From the NCBI GenBank assembly GCA_002256025.1, contig NKIB01010176.1, positions 1 to 64,000 on the forward strand: 64,000 nucleotides of DNA, given 5' to 3'. The notes beneath the pieces are model-generated. The model worked only from the letters and a program-made list of their open reading frames with translations, searched no databases and was not told the origin of the DNA. Below are positions 12,431 to 24,944 of the stretch, in pieces. Both the position numbers and the translations under genes were made by a program. The stretch comes from Asterionella formosa (taxonomy: Eukaryota). The first letter of the stretch is position 1; each line of letters begins with the position of its first letter.

Positions 12431-14511
12431 TTCTGTTTGGCCTTGCCGATTTAATATTTTCTTTGATGAGTGGAACCTATCCAACAACACCAGCACACAA
12501 TCACTCTTCTAGTGGAATTTTATGTCGCAATGACAAAGTGTGTGAACAATGACACCCTGTGTCTTATGGTCCTTTGACCTGTCACTCCAAAGCAAGTTGG
12601 ATGATCTGCTGTTAAGACAGTGAGATACAGTGACTGTTTGTAGTGCTTGTGACCGGCGAAACTTCCAGCACTTGTTGCTCACAAAGGCGCAATTGCCTTT
12701 GTTTTCGCTCGATTCTTTTCAAACCTTCTTTCCCCTCTACTATAGAGTACTGTGGGTTTGATAAACTGTGAAGATCTTATCTTGAACTCTCACAACCAAA
12801 GAGGCTAATGAGATATACAAAGAGATTGAAGTGAAGATGAAAGAAGGATAGAATCAAAATAAAATTATAAAGTGTTATCAACAATGCATTATTTAGTTCT
12901 GAGGTAAACTGGGAAGAAGAATTCCAGGGTGGCCTGTTTGAATTTCAATCGGTCTGACCTCAATACATGTATATATTTTTATTAGTATGAAGAGATTTAC
13001 ATATTATTGAAGTAAACGAGATAAGTATAGAAATATGAGTTTGGGCCCATATTTTGTGTTTTTATACCGTTATATCTTTCCTTTCCGCCTGACACCTTCT
13101 GTGATAATGCAACATTATTTGTCGATGTAGCATTTATTCTTTTTCTTTTTAGCCACCTTCGTCCATTCAGCATTATATTTCTACGTCGATGTCCAGATCC
13201 GTCCCAATATGAGTACCAGGTACCAGGTACCAGGGACTTACTGTATGTAGGTAATTTCCAAAGATTCTTTACAAATACGGTCTTGTTTGTCCTGCCATTC
13301 GCTTTCCAATCGACGTCGTTCGATTTGGATGCCACGATCCCGTTCCTTGTCTGGCAGAAAGGATGTGTCAACTGTCGGGTCCTTGAGCGATGACGTTTGA
13401 TTTACCACCTGGTCCAGTGGAACTTCCTCGTCATGGTTGAAAGTCCCACAACGCCCACGAGAAACACAGACTTGGGCAAATTGTTTCCCCGCCCTCCCAC
13501 TTCAATCAATGTGGTTACAGTCGATCAGATATGAATGTGGCTATACAAATTCGACCGAGAGGAGTTTGCCTTTCTTGGCGATCCCGTCACCTCACTCGAC
13601 TTTCATATCGAAACTGACGATGAATTGATTGTTTCTTTTTTCTGCATAAACGACATATTTTGTGGAGAGAACGACTTTGTTTTTCTTGTGATAAGCGCTC
13701 TAATAGTAAATCGGTGAAAGGGAGCAAGTGCCAAGTTTTGAGATTGGACGAATGGTTTCGCTTGCAAATGTTTTAATTGACAAGAACTCCAATTGTTATG
13801 TCCCTGTTGACTTTGTTACTAACAATGGAATCAATCTATTTGAATCACGGACAGACAAATTTCCCAGCACCTCTAGACCTACCCGTGGTGGTAGTTCTGC
13901 CAAATCCTCCGTAATATCGACCTCTCCGGGCCGTTGCGATTCGCCCGTGGAACAAGCCAAAATGAGCATCGATGAACTTTTAATGATATGATCAACAGCC
14001 TTTCCATGTATCTATGCTCAGTTCAAGGGAACACCTACGCGGAAGATCTCAAGCTGTTTCTTCCCGTTCCTGGCCTGGCCCGGCTCATCGTTTCCTCGTT
14101 TATTTGGTTTGCGTGTGCTGAAATTTTTTGGTTGGAAAAATACCCTCCTGTTGTTCGATGTGCGGGGGACTGTCGCGGAGGTAGGAATTTCGTTGAGCTG
14201 TTCAGTCCGTTTTGGAATTTTTTAGACTCTCTCATTTGTTTCGTATTCTTTGAACTCTAAAAACTTGCAGAAGTGTAGCAGCTCCCCTAAGCGGAGTGAA
14301 CAAATGCACCATGATAGCTCCATAGAAATACCTAGTATTTTATTTATTTTATGTTGTGAATCTTTTATATGGCCAAACGGGCCAACTCGTGATTTTAGTG
14401 CTGTGCTCACCGAGCAAAAACATTGGTCTACCATCTAAATTCTTCGTTTTCCATCTTCATTATCACATAAACGTGAGGAAAATGCTAATGTATCATGACG
14501 CAGTTTGCACA

Positions 14512-14847
14512 TCATTTGTTGTCACCTTTGAAATAATTGTATACCCGTGAATTACCCAACAGCTGTTCCCTCACGTCGTCGCTGTAGGCTGAAAGTGCTC
14601 CTATTCCCACTAATGGTAACAATCCTATCCACCAAAGGGCTTTCCAGTCGATCAAATTCCTTGTAGCAGATTTTTCAGTCATGTTGATACGAGCTTTGGA
14701 AGCCGCCTTTCGGATAGCGTCCTCTCTTCGTTTGTCGGCTCCCACGAACTGGTCTTTTCGACGAACTGCGCGTGAAACGAAACGATATTGAGTGTTGAAT
14801 GATAGAAGTTGATGGCGACATGCTGATGTGAGAATCATCCAGCACAT
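14512..14847 (-). CDS. Small single-pass membrane protein, possibly mitochondrial (~111 aa)
   Basis: Arg/Ser-rich N-terminus, a basic helix and a hydrophobic segment (ALWWIGLLPLVGIGALSAY) in CpG-rich sequence. ATG at 14847 or 14838. Confidence 0.6.
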   Translation of the reverse strand: MCWMILTSACRHQLLSFNTQYRFVSRAVRRKDQFVGADKRREDAIRKAASKARINMTEKSATRNLIDWKALWWIGLLPLVGIGALSAYSDDVREQLLGNSRVYNYFKGDNK

Positions 14848-16154
14848 GTTTTGAAACAATAGAACTGGATTGTGGAGAAAACTGTATCAACCGGAAATCT
14901 CGTCTTGATCGATGAAGGCCACAACATTTTTTGGTGATGAACAAAGCAAATTTCGTAAATTTATACCTGCCTCTATGTAGTCGTATTATCTAGGTGATAT
15001 AGCGCTAATCATTTGTCATACAGTGTCAAAGTGAGCTCATCATCCTAATACCATAGTTATGACTCACAGTCGAATGAGTCGACTTTTCGCACAATATAAT
15101 TCTGGGATCGATCCATCATTTGAGAGGAAGGAGATGAAATGTATTGCAAACGTAATTTCAAGCTTCCTGTGAAATACAGCAAGGCTGTGACTGTTGTCGA
15201 GGGCATGACAACAATCAGCCTCAACGAGCTGAAAAACATCCAAGTATTATACAACAAAAGAAAGCTAAAGGGAACAAAACGAGCAAAGGAGGTCATCTTA
15301 TTCACACAGAAGTACTAAGGCATTTGCAAAAACTGCGACAAACAAGGGCAAGGAGGTCATATGTTGATCAATGATGAATACAAGTGGAACAAATGCAAAT
15401 GGAATGAATGAAAAAAGTGATGAGACAATAAAATGTTATACTAACTGTAATAAATATGCCAGACATATTGCAAGAGCCTTTCTAGAGCCAAGAGGTGCAG
15501 TCTGCACAGAGAAGAAAAAGGAATCCGGAATCTACATTGGAATGTGCAAAGAAATTTTGGAGATAACGATCACTACCACTCCAACAAAGGACGAACTCTG
15601 ACACATGTGTTTCATCATACGGCACTCCATCTGATTCAATTTGCTCCTGTGGTTACAAGGAAGGTGCTGAAGAAATGCTGACGAGAAATTCTATACTTTT
15701 GACATTCGACACAGAAGTTACATACCAGTTATCAAGGAGGTAACGAGACACCCAATTTCTCGTACTCTCAAAATTGGGAGAGCATTTAAGGGATTAACCA
15801 AATTCGTGTTGCAGTTGCCCCTGCATCTGAATCCTATTCATCTTCACACGAGCACCGCTATGTACAGCCACAGTCACATCCCATCATCCCATCTTCACTA
15901 TACTTCTTGGCTCCAAGTTTCGGTAATTGTGCTGAAACTAAAACTTTAGCTCTCTTTATACGATATAAATTGTTTATTTAAACAAAATTACCGCAACTTG
16001 CTGGTATGCAAAGCAAGTAGGATACCTGCATATGCGGTTCTTAGAGCTCGTTTCGGCTTCGAGTCCCAATTCAGAGTATCGAACACCCACCGCTCGTTTG
16101 TTACCTTGAGTAGCATAACTCTCTCACAGCAAGTGGGCGCCTCGGTCGACCATC

Positions 16155-16442
16155 ATGGCTACTCCTGCTGCTCCTCCCATCTCTGCCGCTGCATCATCGG
16201 GCCTTCCCATTGTCCGTGGTGTGGAATATCGATGTGGTGATTGTGGGGCTAAGAATGTTATCAAAGGTGGAGATCCAGTCCGATGCCGAACATGTGGCTT
16301 TCGTATCCTTTACAAGACAAGAACGAAGCGATGTAAGTGTATATTGTGTAGATCGATTGAACGGTATGACAATTATTCATAATTCGCCATTCTTATATAA
16401 TCTCGATGCTTGCTGCCAGTGATTCAATTTGAGGCACGATAG
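16155..16442 (+). CDS. RPB12: DNA-directed RNA polymerases I/II/III subunit RPABC4 (RPB12), 2 exons
   Basis: Zinc ribbon [10 protein letters not shown]...[18 protein letters not shown]. Intron 16333-16419 (GTAAGT...CCAG) joins to the conserved C-terminus LIQFEAR*, giving 66 aa. Confidence 0.97.
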
Positions 16443-17619
16443 AAAGCAATGGAAAATCGAGGGAGTTGGGATTCTATTCTCGGTGGAAGTTAGCGATAAA
16501 GAGTTGCATGTTGTAGTTAATGGCTTGTCGACGGATGCAATAACTCCAAGAATGTAATACATCGAGAAAAGGGCGAAAAGAATACTACATCAATTGAGGA
16601 AACAATGTGACGACTGGACCTATTTACGAATCGAAAGGATGAAATTCTCCGGAATAATAATCTACTAGGCTCTATCATTAGCACATAACAAAGGATTCGA
16701 GTACTATTTGTTTGTACTACCGGTCCCGGGAGTCAACCAAAGGTACAAATTGAAATTTATACTTATATTGGTCGTTGCAGCTTGTGCTCCACAAAGTGAT
16801 GTAAATCAGTCACAGTGTCTCTCGTTCATTTTCTTTTTATTATACGAATTGCCATAATGTAATGGTAACAATATCCAAACCCTCTGCCATGACGTCCTTG
16901 ATTATCAGTTGTATCATAAGCGATATTACGACTTCCGCGGGGTCGATCCATCGAGCATAGCACTACTTTTCAATTTGTCATAACAATGGCCGCCTTTCCT
17001 ATCCTTCCCCTGTCAACAGATATTACAAGGAAGAATTATAAGAACTTTCTGTAGGAAATTAGGATGATTCTCAAGATAACCATGTGCGACAGATGTCATG
17101 CGAAAAAACGCAACAGCAGCTGCACATGACAAACAGTTAATATTACGAATTCATTTTGCATGACTAAAATGAGTCATTGAAGCATTCATTCTGGATAGAG
17201 CGGAAATAATTGAAGTCAAGCGGCATGAATGCGCGTTCTCAAAAGCGCAAAATATTATTTACTCACTGATTACGTTCTCATTCATCACTCGTCATGCTTG
17301 TCTTCAATCTGACGACAGCATTGGGCAAAGTCCATTTTCTTAACAAGATATGCGATAACTACAAACCCCAATAAGAAAATCATCGTGAAACCTCCAGGAA
17401 GAAAAGTGCAGTATAGTCAAGGAGATACAAATCCAGCAGATGCTGCTGCCCAGTGTTTCCACCGAACGAAATGTGACATGCCTGTCGTGAACGACTCTAT
17501 TGTTGGGAGTGTCCGGGAATTTGTTGCAGTTCTGATATGTTGGTATCTATAGTATATAAAACGGTACATCGTGTACCGTATGTTTCGCTTGCCTACGGTA
17601 TTTATTACTGGTGGATACA

Positions 17620-18290
17620 TAAGGTTGTCTCCCGGCTTAACCCTAGTTTGGAGTATTGCATAGCTAGGGTTGTTAAATTGGAATCATGGAACATGGAATT
17701 CTTCAGTGTTCATTTACAAGAGTCATTTATCAGTTTGCTTAAATACTTGGTATAAAAATTTTGGATGAGGATTGCTCAACATTGGTGGGGTTTCATGAAG
17801 ATATATTGTAACTAATAATGTATATAGTCATGCACCTTATGAGGTCAGGATTGACCTTCTGGCAAGAAGTTGCAATCATCCCTCTTAGGCCTTTTACTAT
17901 ACATGAAAGCAAGCCCATTCATTTTTTGGGATAGTAAATATTGCTAGAGGGATAACTGTAAATTCTCTCCAGAAATGAAGTCCTTTGCCCTATGCCATCT
18001 AGAAGTCAGAGGTTATAAAAAGGGTGAGCTAATTTTTATCAAACTATATTTGCTTAGCCACTGAGTTGATCTAATCTTGGAAAGGGGCATTTGAGAACCC
18101 TTAAGTCTGCATAGACCTTTAGGTTTTCTTGTCACTTTTGGTTTAGAACTAAGGGTAGTCTAGTTCATTCACTAATCTTTCCTAGGTTCAATCCTAGTTT
18201 TGATAATAATTAAATTTTACTTAAGGATAGGTTACCAGTTACCAGAGCATAATCTTAGTTTAGTATTGGTGACCCTTTAACCATTAGATA
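17620..18290 (+). mobile_element. Non-autonomous DNA transposon/MITE-like remnant (left terminus)
   Basis: Starts TAAGGTTGTCTCCCGGCTTAACCCTAG...CTAGGGTTG, which is homologous in inverted orientation to 31255-31311. The body is CpG-poor and the right boundary is uncertain. Confidence 0.5.
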
Positions 18291-19205
18291 ATCAATGTAT
18301 GAGCCCTCCCTCGAGATCAAACAATGTAGATAGTAGTCTAGTTAGGTAATGCATCGCACTTCATGTGTTAAGCGCCTTAAAAATTCACAAATATGAATAG
18401 TGCAGCTTGTGTGGCGCTTTGAATAACAGTAGAATAACACTGGTTCATGTTGAGTGGGACATTCAAAAATAGCTAGCAGATATCATTTCATCTTCTAAAC
18501 CATCAAATGGGCCCCTAGGAAGCTTCTAGTAGTAGAAGTGAATGAATTATTAGCAACAATCAATCACAGACGTTTTAATAATATGGTTTCAACTCCTGCT
18601 GTATTTCTAATGCATTAAATGAATTAGTCGTATTGATGAGGAAAAATAGGATCACTAATGAATCAATTACTCTAACTAGTTGTTACTTGTAAGCTTAGAA
18701 CACTGCGAAACTGGTTTGAACCCTTTTTTCAAGTCTGCGGAAAATAATCAGGAAGCTCCCTTCAACCCCATGTCCCAAAGTAACACATATTGCTGATGAG
18801 AAGCCTGTAGAGCAGAAACCTAGTACCGGTACTGTAATTGATTCTTCCTCTTAAAGTCTCTGCAACACAGTATGCCGTCCCAGCAATATCATACTGCAAT
18901 ACCAATTGTTAAAAAATTCCCACCTAAATCCTGTTCAACTAAAATAAGATGGCTGCCTTGCAGAACACAATTGGCTGTTACCTCACATTCAACTCTTAAA
19001 ATATCCTTGCAATGGAAGATGGGAAGGGAATTGGCTCATACTATGGGAGCAATACTACGGACCAAGGAACAATGCTACTGTAAGTTTTGGGTTTTACTTA
19101 TGTTTGATTCTGAGGTCATTATTAGGGGGGGGGGGTTCACAACTTTAACTGAAGTTTTTTTAATTGAGACGCTCTTAAATTTTGAGATCTAGCCGCAGGA
19201 CTCTA

Positions 19206-21956
19206 CTATTGTGCGGTCGCGGTTATTGAGCGGGCATATTGTGCATAGAAGTCTAGCATCTCTGGAGAAATCTGGCGTTGCATCGTCACAACAGCTTGCA
19301 TCAAATGCTTCATGCTGATAGCCAGAGATGATGCCTTCGTAGGACTCTCGTCGTATTCTTCAATGGCTAGCAAAGCTGCTTCACGGCAAATTGCAATAAT
19401 TTCTGCTCCTGAAAATCCACCACTGACACTTTCTGATGCAAGTAAGGAAAACTGTAACGAACCAGATAGGAAAATGGAGTGTTGAGAAGTGGGAATTGGC
19501 AGCTGCAGAAGTGGAGGTTACCATTTGTTGACACTTACATCAATATCGATATGGCATGCTTTCCCTTTTAAACCAATTTCAAATATTCTGTTGCGGCTAT
19601 GTACATCTGGCAAACCCACATAAATCATCCGATCGATACGACCTGGTCTTGTAAGTGCAGTGTCAAGGAGATCTGGTCGGTTTGTAGCACCAACAACAAT
19701 TACACGTGGTGGTTTGGTCCCTTCAACCTTGTTTCCTGCTGGACTGTTGATTCCATCTAACTCAGTCAAAAGTTGCGACAAAAGTCTTTCTCCTCCAGCA
19801 CTGCCTTCACCGCCACCACGTTTTGCAGCAATAGCGTCTACCTCATCAAAGAATACAATGCAAGGACTTGCCATCCTTGCTCTTCGAAAAAGGGAGGCTA
19901 ATGCACGTTCACTTTCTCCAAGCCATTTGCTTAGAAGTTCAGGACCTTTGACAGCCAGAAAGTTCATTTGACCTTCAGTGGCCAAAGCTCTTGCCATGAG
20001 TGTTTTGGAACAGCCTGGTGGTCCATACAAGAGCACACCTCGAGGAGGTGGAATATGTAATGCCTCAAAGAGATGAGAATGTGTGATTGGTAGCTCAATT
20101 GCTTCTCGTAGTTTCTCCTTAACAGAGTCCATGCCTCCAATTGAAGTCCAGTGCACCTCAGGAATCTCAACAGTGACCGAGCTTATAGTTGAAGGTTTTG
20201 TCATACTAATAGAGGTTTTCAGTTGGTCAATTGACAACTCAAGTATATCGGTTGTGTTGGGAATTGATCGTGCTGCGATTCGTACTGCCTCCTTAATAGC
20301 CAATTTACAGTCAGCACCATTGAATCCCTTTGCCAGGTGAGATAAACTCATCATTTCACTGCCTGAAAACTCAGGGATTTGAATTCTAGAGTCCACATTT
20401 GCCAGCAGAAATGCAATAATTTCTTTTCTAGCAATCTCATCAGGGATTGGCACTTCGATCTCTGCATCCAGGCGTCCAGGCCGCCTAAGAGCTGGGTCTA
20501 GTAATGAAGCATTAGATGTGATGGCAAGGATAACAATGTTGGCTGTCTTTTCCTGCCCAATTCCATCCAGCAGTGACAACAATGTAGCAGCTAATCTATC
20601 TCCTCCAGGATTGCTCCCACTACGCTTTGGACAAATCAAGTGTATATCATCAAAAATTAGCAGGGTATCCTGTGACTGCTGAAAAAGACGCGTCAATCGG
20701 CGCTCTGCTTCTCCAACCATCGATGTGTGAGACTGTAAAGATGCACAGTGTATCTTTTCGACTTTTAAGTTGTGCTTCCCACTAAAAATATGTGCAATTT
20801 CCTCTGCTGTAGCTGACTTTCCAACACCGCTTGGGCCATGCAACAACGCTCCTCTTGGTGCTTTCAGATTTCCGTAGACGCCAGGATTAATCAGCGACGG
20901 TAAAAGCAAGTCCTTGACTTGTTCAATAGTTGAATCCAGTCCAGCGACAAAGTGCTTGTCTTCAGTTGTCGTTGTATCAGGGGTAAGCTTGTCGGGGTTT
21001 CTCATGAATACCTTCGTTTCATGAATTATCTGGTAGAGTGTGAGATCCATTTGTGAAGTGGCACTGCGAATGGAGTTTAAAATTGTCGAGACATTTGATA
21101 AATCATCGTTCAGGCTCAATGATTCCATCGACGAAACGAGATCTGAGTGTGAATCTGTGGCGCGTATCGCAGTTACCTGAAATAGTAGTGGTTTCCCTTG
21201 GTACGATATAGAAACACTGTCATTGTCAGAAATATATCGTCCGCTGTAGTTAGCCAAGACCAGTCGCTGAATGATTTTGATCGAATCGGGTAAATATTCT
21301 GTTACAGATCTCAACTCCAAACAAGCAGCTCGTTGACAAATGACTTTGGCTAACTTTTCCCCAAATGTTGATTGAAGGGGAACGACCCAGACCACTCTCG
21401 TTGGTAGCCTTGAAGGGCTCCGGGGTGTTAATGATTCCTTTTTCTGCGAGGAAGGTGATATCAGTATATCACCTCCTCCTCCACGAGCAAACGAAAATCC
21501 TTTCGACGGAGTTGACATAGGAGTTGTGACAGCAACGTCAGTTCCCTTTGGAATGCCAATATGTGCTTCCTCACAGCGGCCACACAACTTTACAGCCAGC
21601 CAAGTGGGCGAAACGTGGCAACTTCCAGGGGAAAATCTGGCTGCTTTCGGTGTGGGCGGAGATCCAAGGTGACGCGTTGTTTCTAAGTGGATCGAAACGT
21701 TCGCGGAACATATCGCGGCACCCGTGATGCTGCCGTTATCATGCACCAACACTATTACCTCATCGCCCTGTAGGACATCAATTCGCCTAGCATCATCTGA
21801 TTCTAGGAAGATTTCCGGTTGACCTTTCACGGCTTTCGCATGAGCCAGGAGTCGCAGCTCCAAGAACTCCTCAACTAAAATGTGTACCCCTTCACTCCCG
21901 ATTCGTCCAGAGTTGGAAATATTGGAAACATGATTCGCCTTCTTCTTTTTGGCCAT
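19206..21956 (-). CDS. AFG2: Double AAA+ ATPase, CDC48 family, AFG2/Drg1 (SPATA5)-like; 2 exons
   Basis: D1 has GPSGVGKS and PALRRPGRLDAE. D2 has WTSIGG, GPPGCSKT, KGPELLSKWLGESE, FFDEVD and ATNRPD..RPGRIDR. Intron 19452-19538 (GTAAGT...TACAG) leads to exon 2, FSLLASESVSGGFSGAEIIAICREAALLA...ISPEMLDFY...*. The GPPGCSKT motif favours AFG2/SPATA5. Confidence 0.9.
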
Positions 21957-23014
21957 TTCAGACTATGTGTATACAAATAGTGTCTCCAGCGCTCGATGCA
22001 GTACGGTAATATGTTCCGACAGAGTGAGAGTTAATGGAAAGCAACTCCTTTTCGTTCAATGAGCAAACAGTGCATGATTCTCAACAGGCAGTTGGAAGGG
22101 AATTCGAATGCATTGGGAGGGAATGGGGAACTAAACGATGGCTGCAAACATAGCACAAGATATGCATGAAGGACTGGTAGGATGATAACTCCCTCTCATA
22201 CCGGTAATCAATTCTAAAAAGGCGTTGGCGAAGTATTGGAATACAGTTTATTTGATATGGGTACGCACAGATTAGAGTATAAATAATGAAGTGAAAAAAA
22301 GCACCACCGCCCTCGATAATTTTTATGTCAAAACAAGCAAACCTCTCGTCGATTCTTTCCTCTCACTGATTTGTGTCCCCAGACAATAGAATTTCAGGGA
22401 ATTTCTTCTAAAAACTATTCCTCCAAAACTAGCCAGTAATTATGAAGGGGATGATTTTCAATAGAACTGTTTTGACAATAAGACAATGGTATGACATACA
22501 ATGGCAATTTTTTAAATAAGAATTGTAACTAAAGGCAGTTTCGATTTTGACACAGAACACCAAGACAGATTGTAAGGATGTTTTGAAAGGATGAAAAATG
22601 ATAAGGATAAGAGATGAAGAGGATGCAGTTTCAAGAATTTTTTCAACGATTATAAATTGATTGGCAAGAAAAATAAAATTGGCTACTCAAAATAATTTTG
22701 ATTTTAATGAGCAATGACGACAGTATATTGTTGGATGTCAGGTATGGTGCTGTCTATATCAAAATCTAAAATGACCTATTCCATAATTGCATAGAAATAT
22801 GAACCACGACACTTAGCTACATGAAAGTCAATACAAAATTATACATTATGGGATTTTCTTGCATTTTGAGCTGTTGCACTCTTTCCGAGATTTCATTTTC
22901 TCCAAGTTTTCACGTTCATTTGTATAAGCTGTGAATATAAAAAATGTAGTTATAACAGAAAGCTTAGAATACAGACTAAGAAGTCACCTGGGGCTGGGAC
23001 TTCGACTCAGTATC

Positions 23015-23700
23015 ATCGTAACCGATGAATCAATGGAATCAGACTCAGATGCTCATTTGCATGGACACTGAGAACACACAGCAAGACAAAATCAATTCCC
23101 ACACAAACAGCAGCATGTTCAGGAACAGTGGATGGAGATGTTTCAAAAAATAGGAACCCGAGCAGAAATTTTTGGATTAGCGTCAGCGCTCTAAAGTTTC
23201 TTACTGAATTCATCAAGTTTCACAGGGTAGACACAACATCGGGAATGAACATATGAACAGATAGTACAGCAGCAATTTCAAGAATAAAGTTCTGTCATGG
23301 AGCACTCACAAGGGAAGTCTACCTGCAAATGATGACATAATCTCGCTACTGTCAGAAATTATAGACATATTACCAGTGGCCGTTAAAATCCACTGGATTA
23401 AAGCACATCAAGATAACAATGGAAAAGTCGAGGAGAAACTCACATTATCAGCAGAAATGATCATCACAGTGGATGCTATGGCATCAAATTTTCTGCAAAG
23501 ATGCATATCAATAGCAACAGGGGGACCAAGGCAAAGAATGCCCCATTTTCCAACCATGCAAGCAAGTCTACTTATTGAGGATAAAAGGATCCACAAAAAT
23601 CCGCAGAACATATGTGGCAGTACATCAAACTAGAAAACTACAAGAAAAGGGGAAATTAGGCAACTGGGACAATACGGGGACAATATATCATCAGCATTCA
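23015..23700 (+). mobile_element. LINE RNase H fragment, copy 2
   Basis: ACCGATGAATCAATGGAATCAGACTCAGATGCTCATTTGCATGG matches copy 1. Peptide VKIHWIKAHQD...SAEMIITVDAMASNFLQRC...HFPTMQASLLI is collinear with ORF 506-1240. Confidence 0.85.
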
Positions 23701-24944
23701 AGAGTCAACAATGCCATCCTTTATGTACATGCTTGAAACATTTGACTTTTTCATAGTAAATATTGTCATATCGCTTAAATTGAAAAAGTTTGTAGTATAT
23801 ACAAAATGTGAGATGACGCCATAATGTTGGCCTAGGCAGTTCATAATGGTCTTCAACAGTTTTTGAATGGTACAGTAGACTACTGCAGGTAATCGGACCA
23901 CCACCGGTACATGCAGTACCAGGTACAAGTATTCCGGTATCGGCATTGCAACTTGCTCATGCGTACCGGTATATCAGGTTGACGGAATAATACCGGTAGC
24001 TGGTCCGACTTCTTCATATATCATTCGTTGTCGTGGGAGTGTCGACCCTGTGTCGCAGTCTGTAGGCTTGCTATCTTTAATTGTCGAATTTGGTCGCCCC
24101 CGTGAATGTAAAACATTTATGTTGCATGCATACCGGTAGTTACCAGGTAGTACAAATATGCATTGAGAGACGGTACCAGGTGTATGTACGGTTCCGATGT
24201 CGACACGAACTTCATGTTAATTACATAGAACTGTCAGCGTGTACGCATCATCCCTCCGGTATTCCTGTTGACGACTTCCATTCAAATTTAAAAATGTCAT
24301 ATTTTATTACCGCTATTTTGTTACTTCAATTTTGTCAACCACGGTATGGTGACAGTATACCGACAATAAATGATCTTCTTGTTGGCTTGATGTACAGTTC
24401 AGTTCAAAAGGGGGATGGTCGAAACATGGTATACTGAGGGTGTAGTATATGTATGTATATATCAGCCTTCTTTTTTGGGTCCCCTATATATTCCACAAGG
24501 CATTCGACCCTTTCCTGACGTCGAAGTGACAATTTTCGATTAGGTGTTCCCTGTTTAGTACTTTATCGATTTGACAGGATATCTGATGATGTTCCGAACG
24601 GTTCCAAAGCGACTTTCATGTGATGATTGAATAGGTTGAACTTTTAAATGTCGAAATTTGTTTAAAGTATAAATAATAAGACATTTCATTTTCCTTTAAT
24701 ATTGAACGACTATTTACTATGTACCACCGGACTTGCTTTTCACTTGATCACCTTAAGTGACAAGGCCTGTGTTATTTGCTATAGAATTTGCATTACAGTC
24801 TCGGGTCGATAAATACTCTGTACGTTGCTGTGCGTCTACCATTCACAAATGAGCCATTGGATGACCTCTGGAGCATCTCGCCTCAAAGCAAGGCAAAACA
24901 GAAGCTTCTCGGTGCGAGCGCACCCAAATACGATTCCTTTTGCC

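Noticed and set aside
12480..12960. 5' LTR and primer-binding site of the Copia gag remnant
   Set aside because: The position is plausible, but there is no second LTR copy in the window and no tRNA-complementary site I could verify.
13370..14440. Protein-coding gene in a CpG-rich stretch
   Set aside because: Only short ORFs occur on either strand, and trial splicing at the GTAGGT/TTAAAG sites met stops in all frames. It could be a UTR, non-coding RNA or relic.
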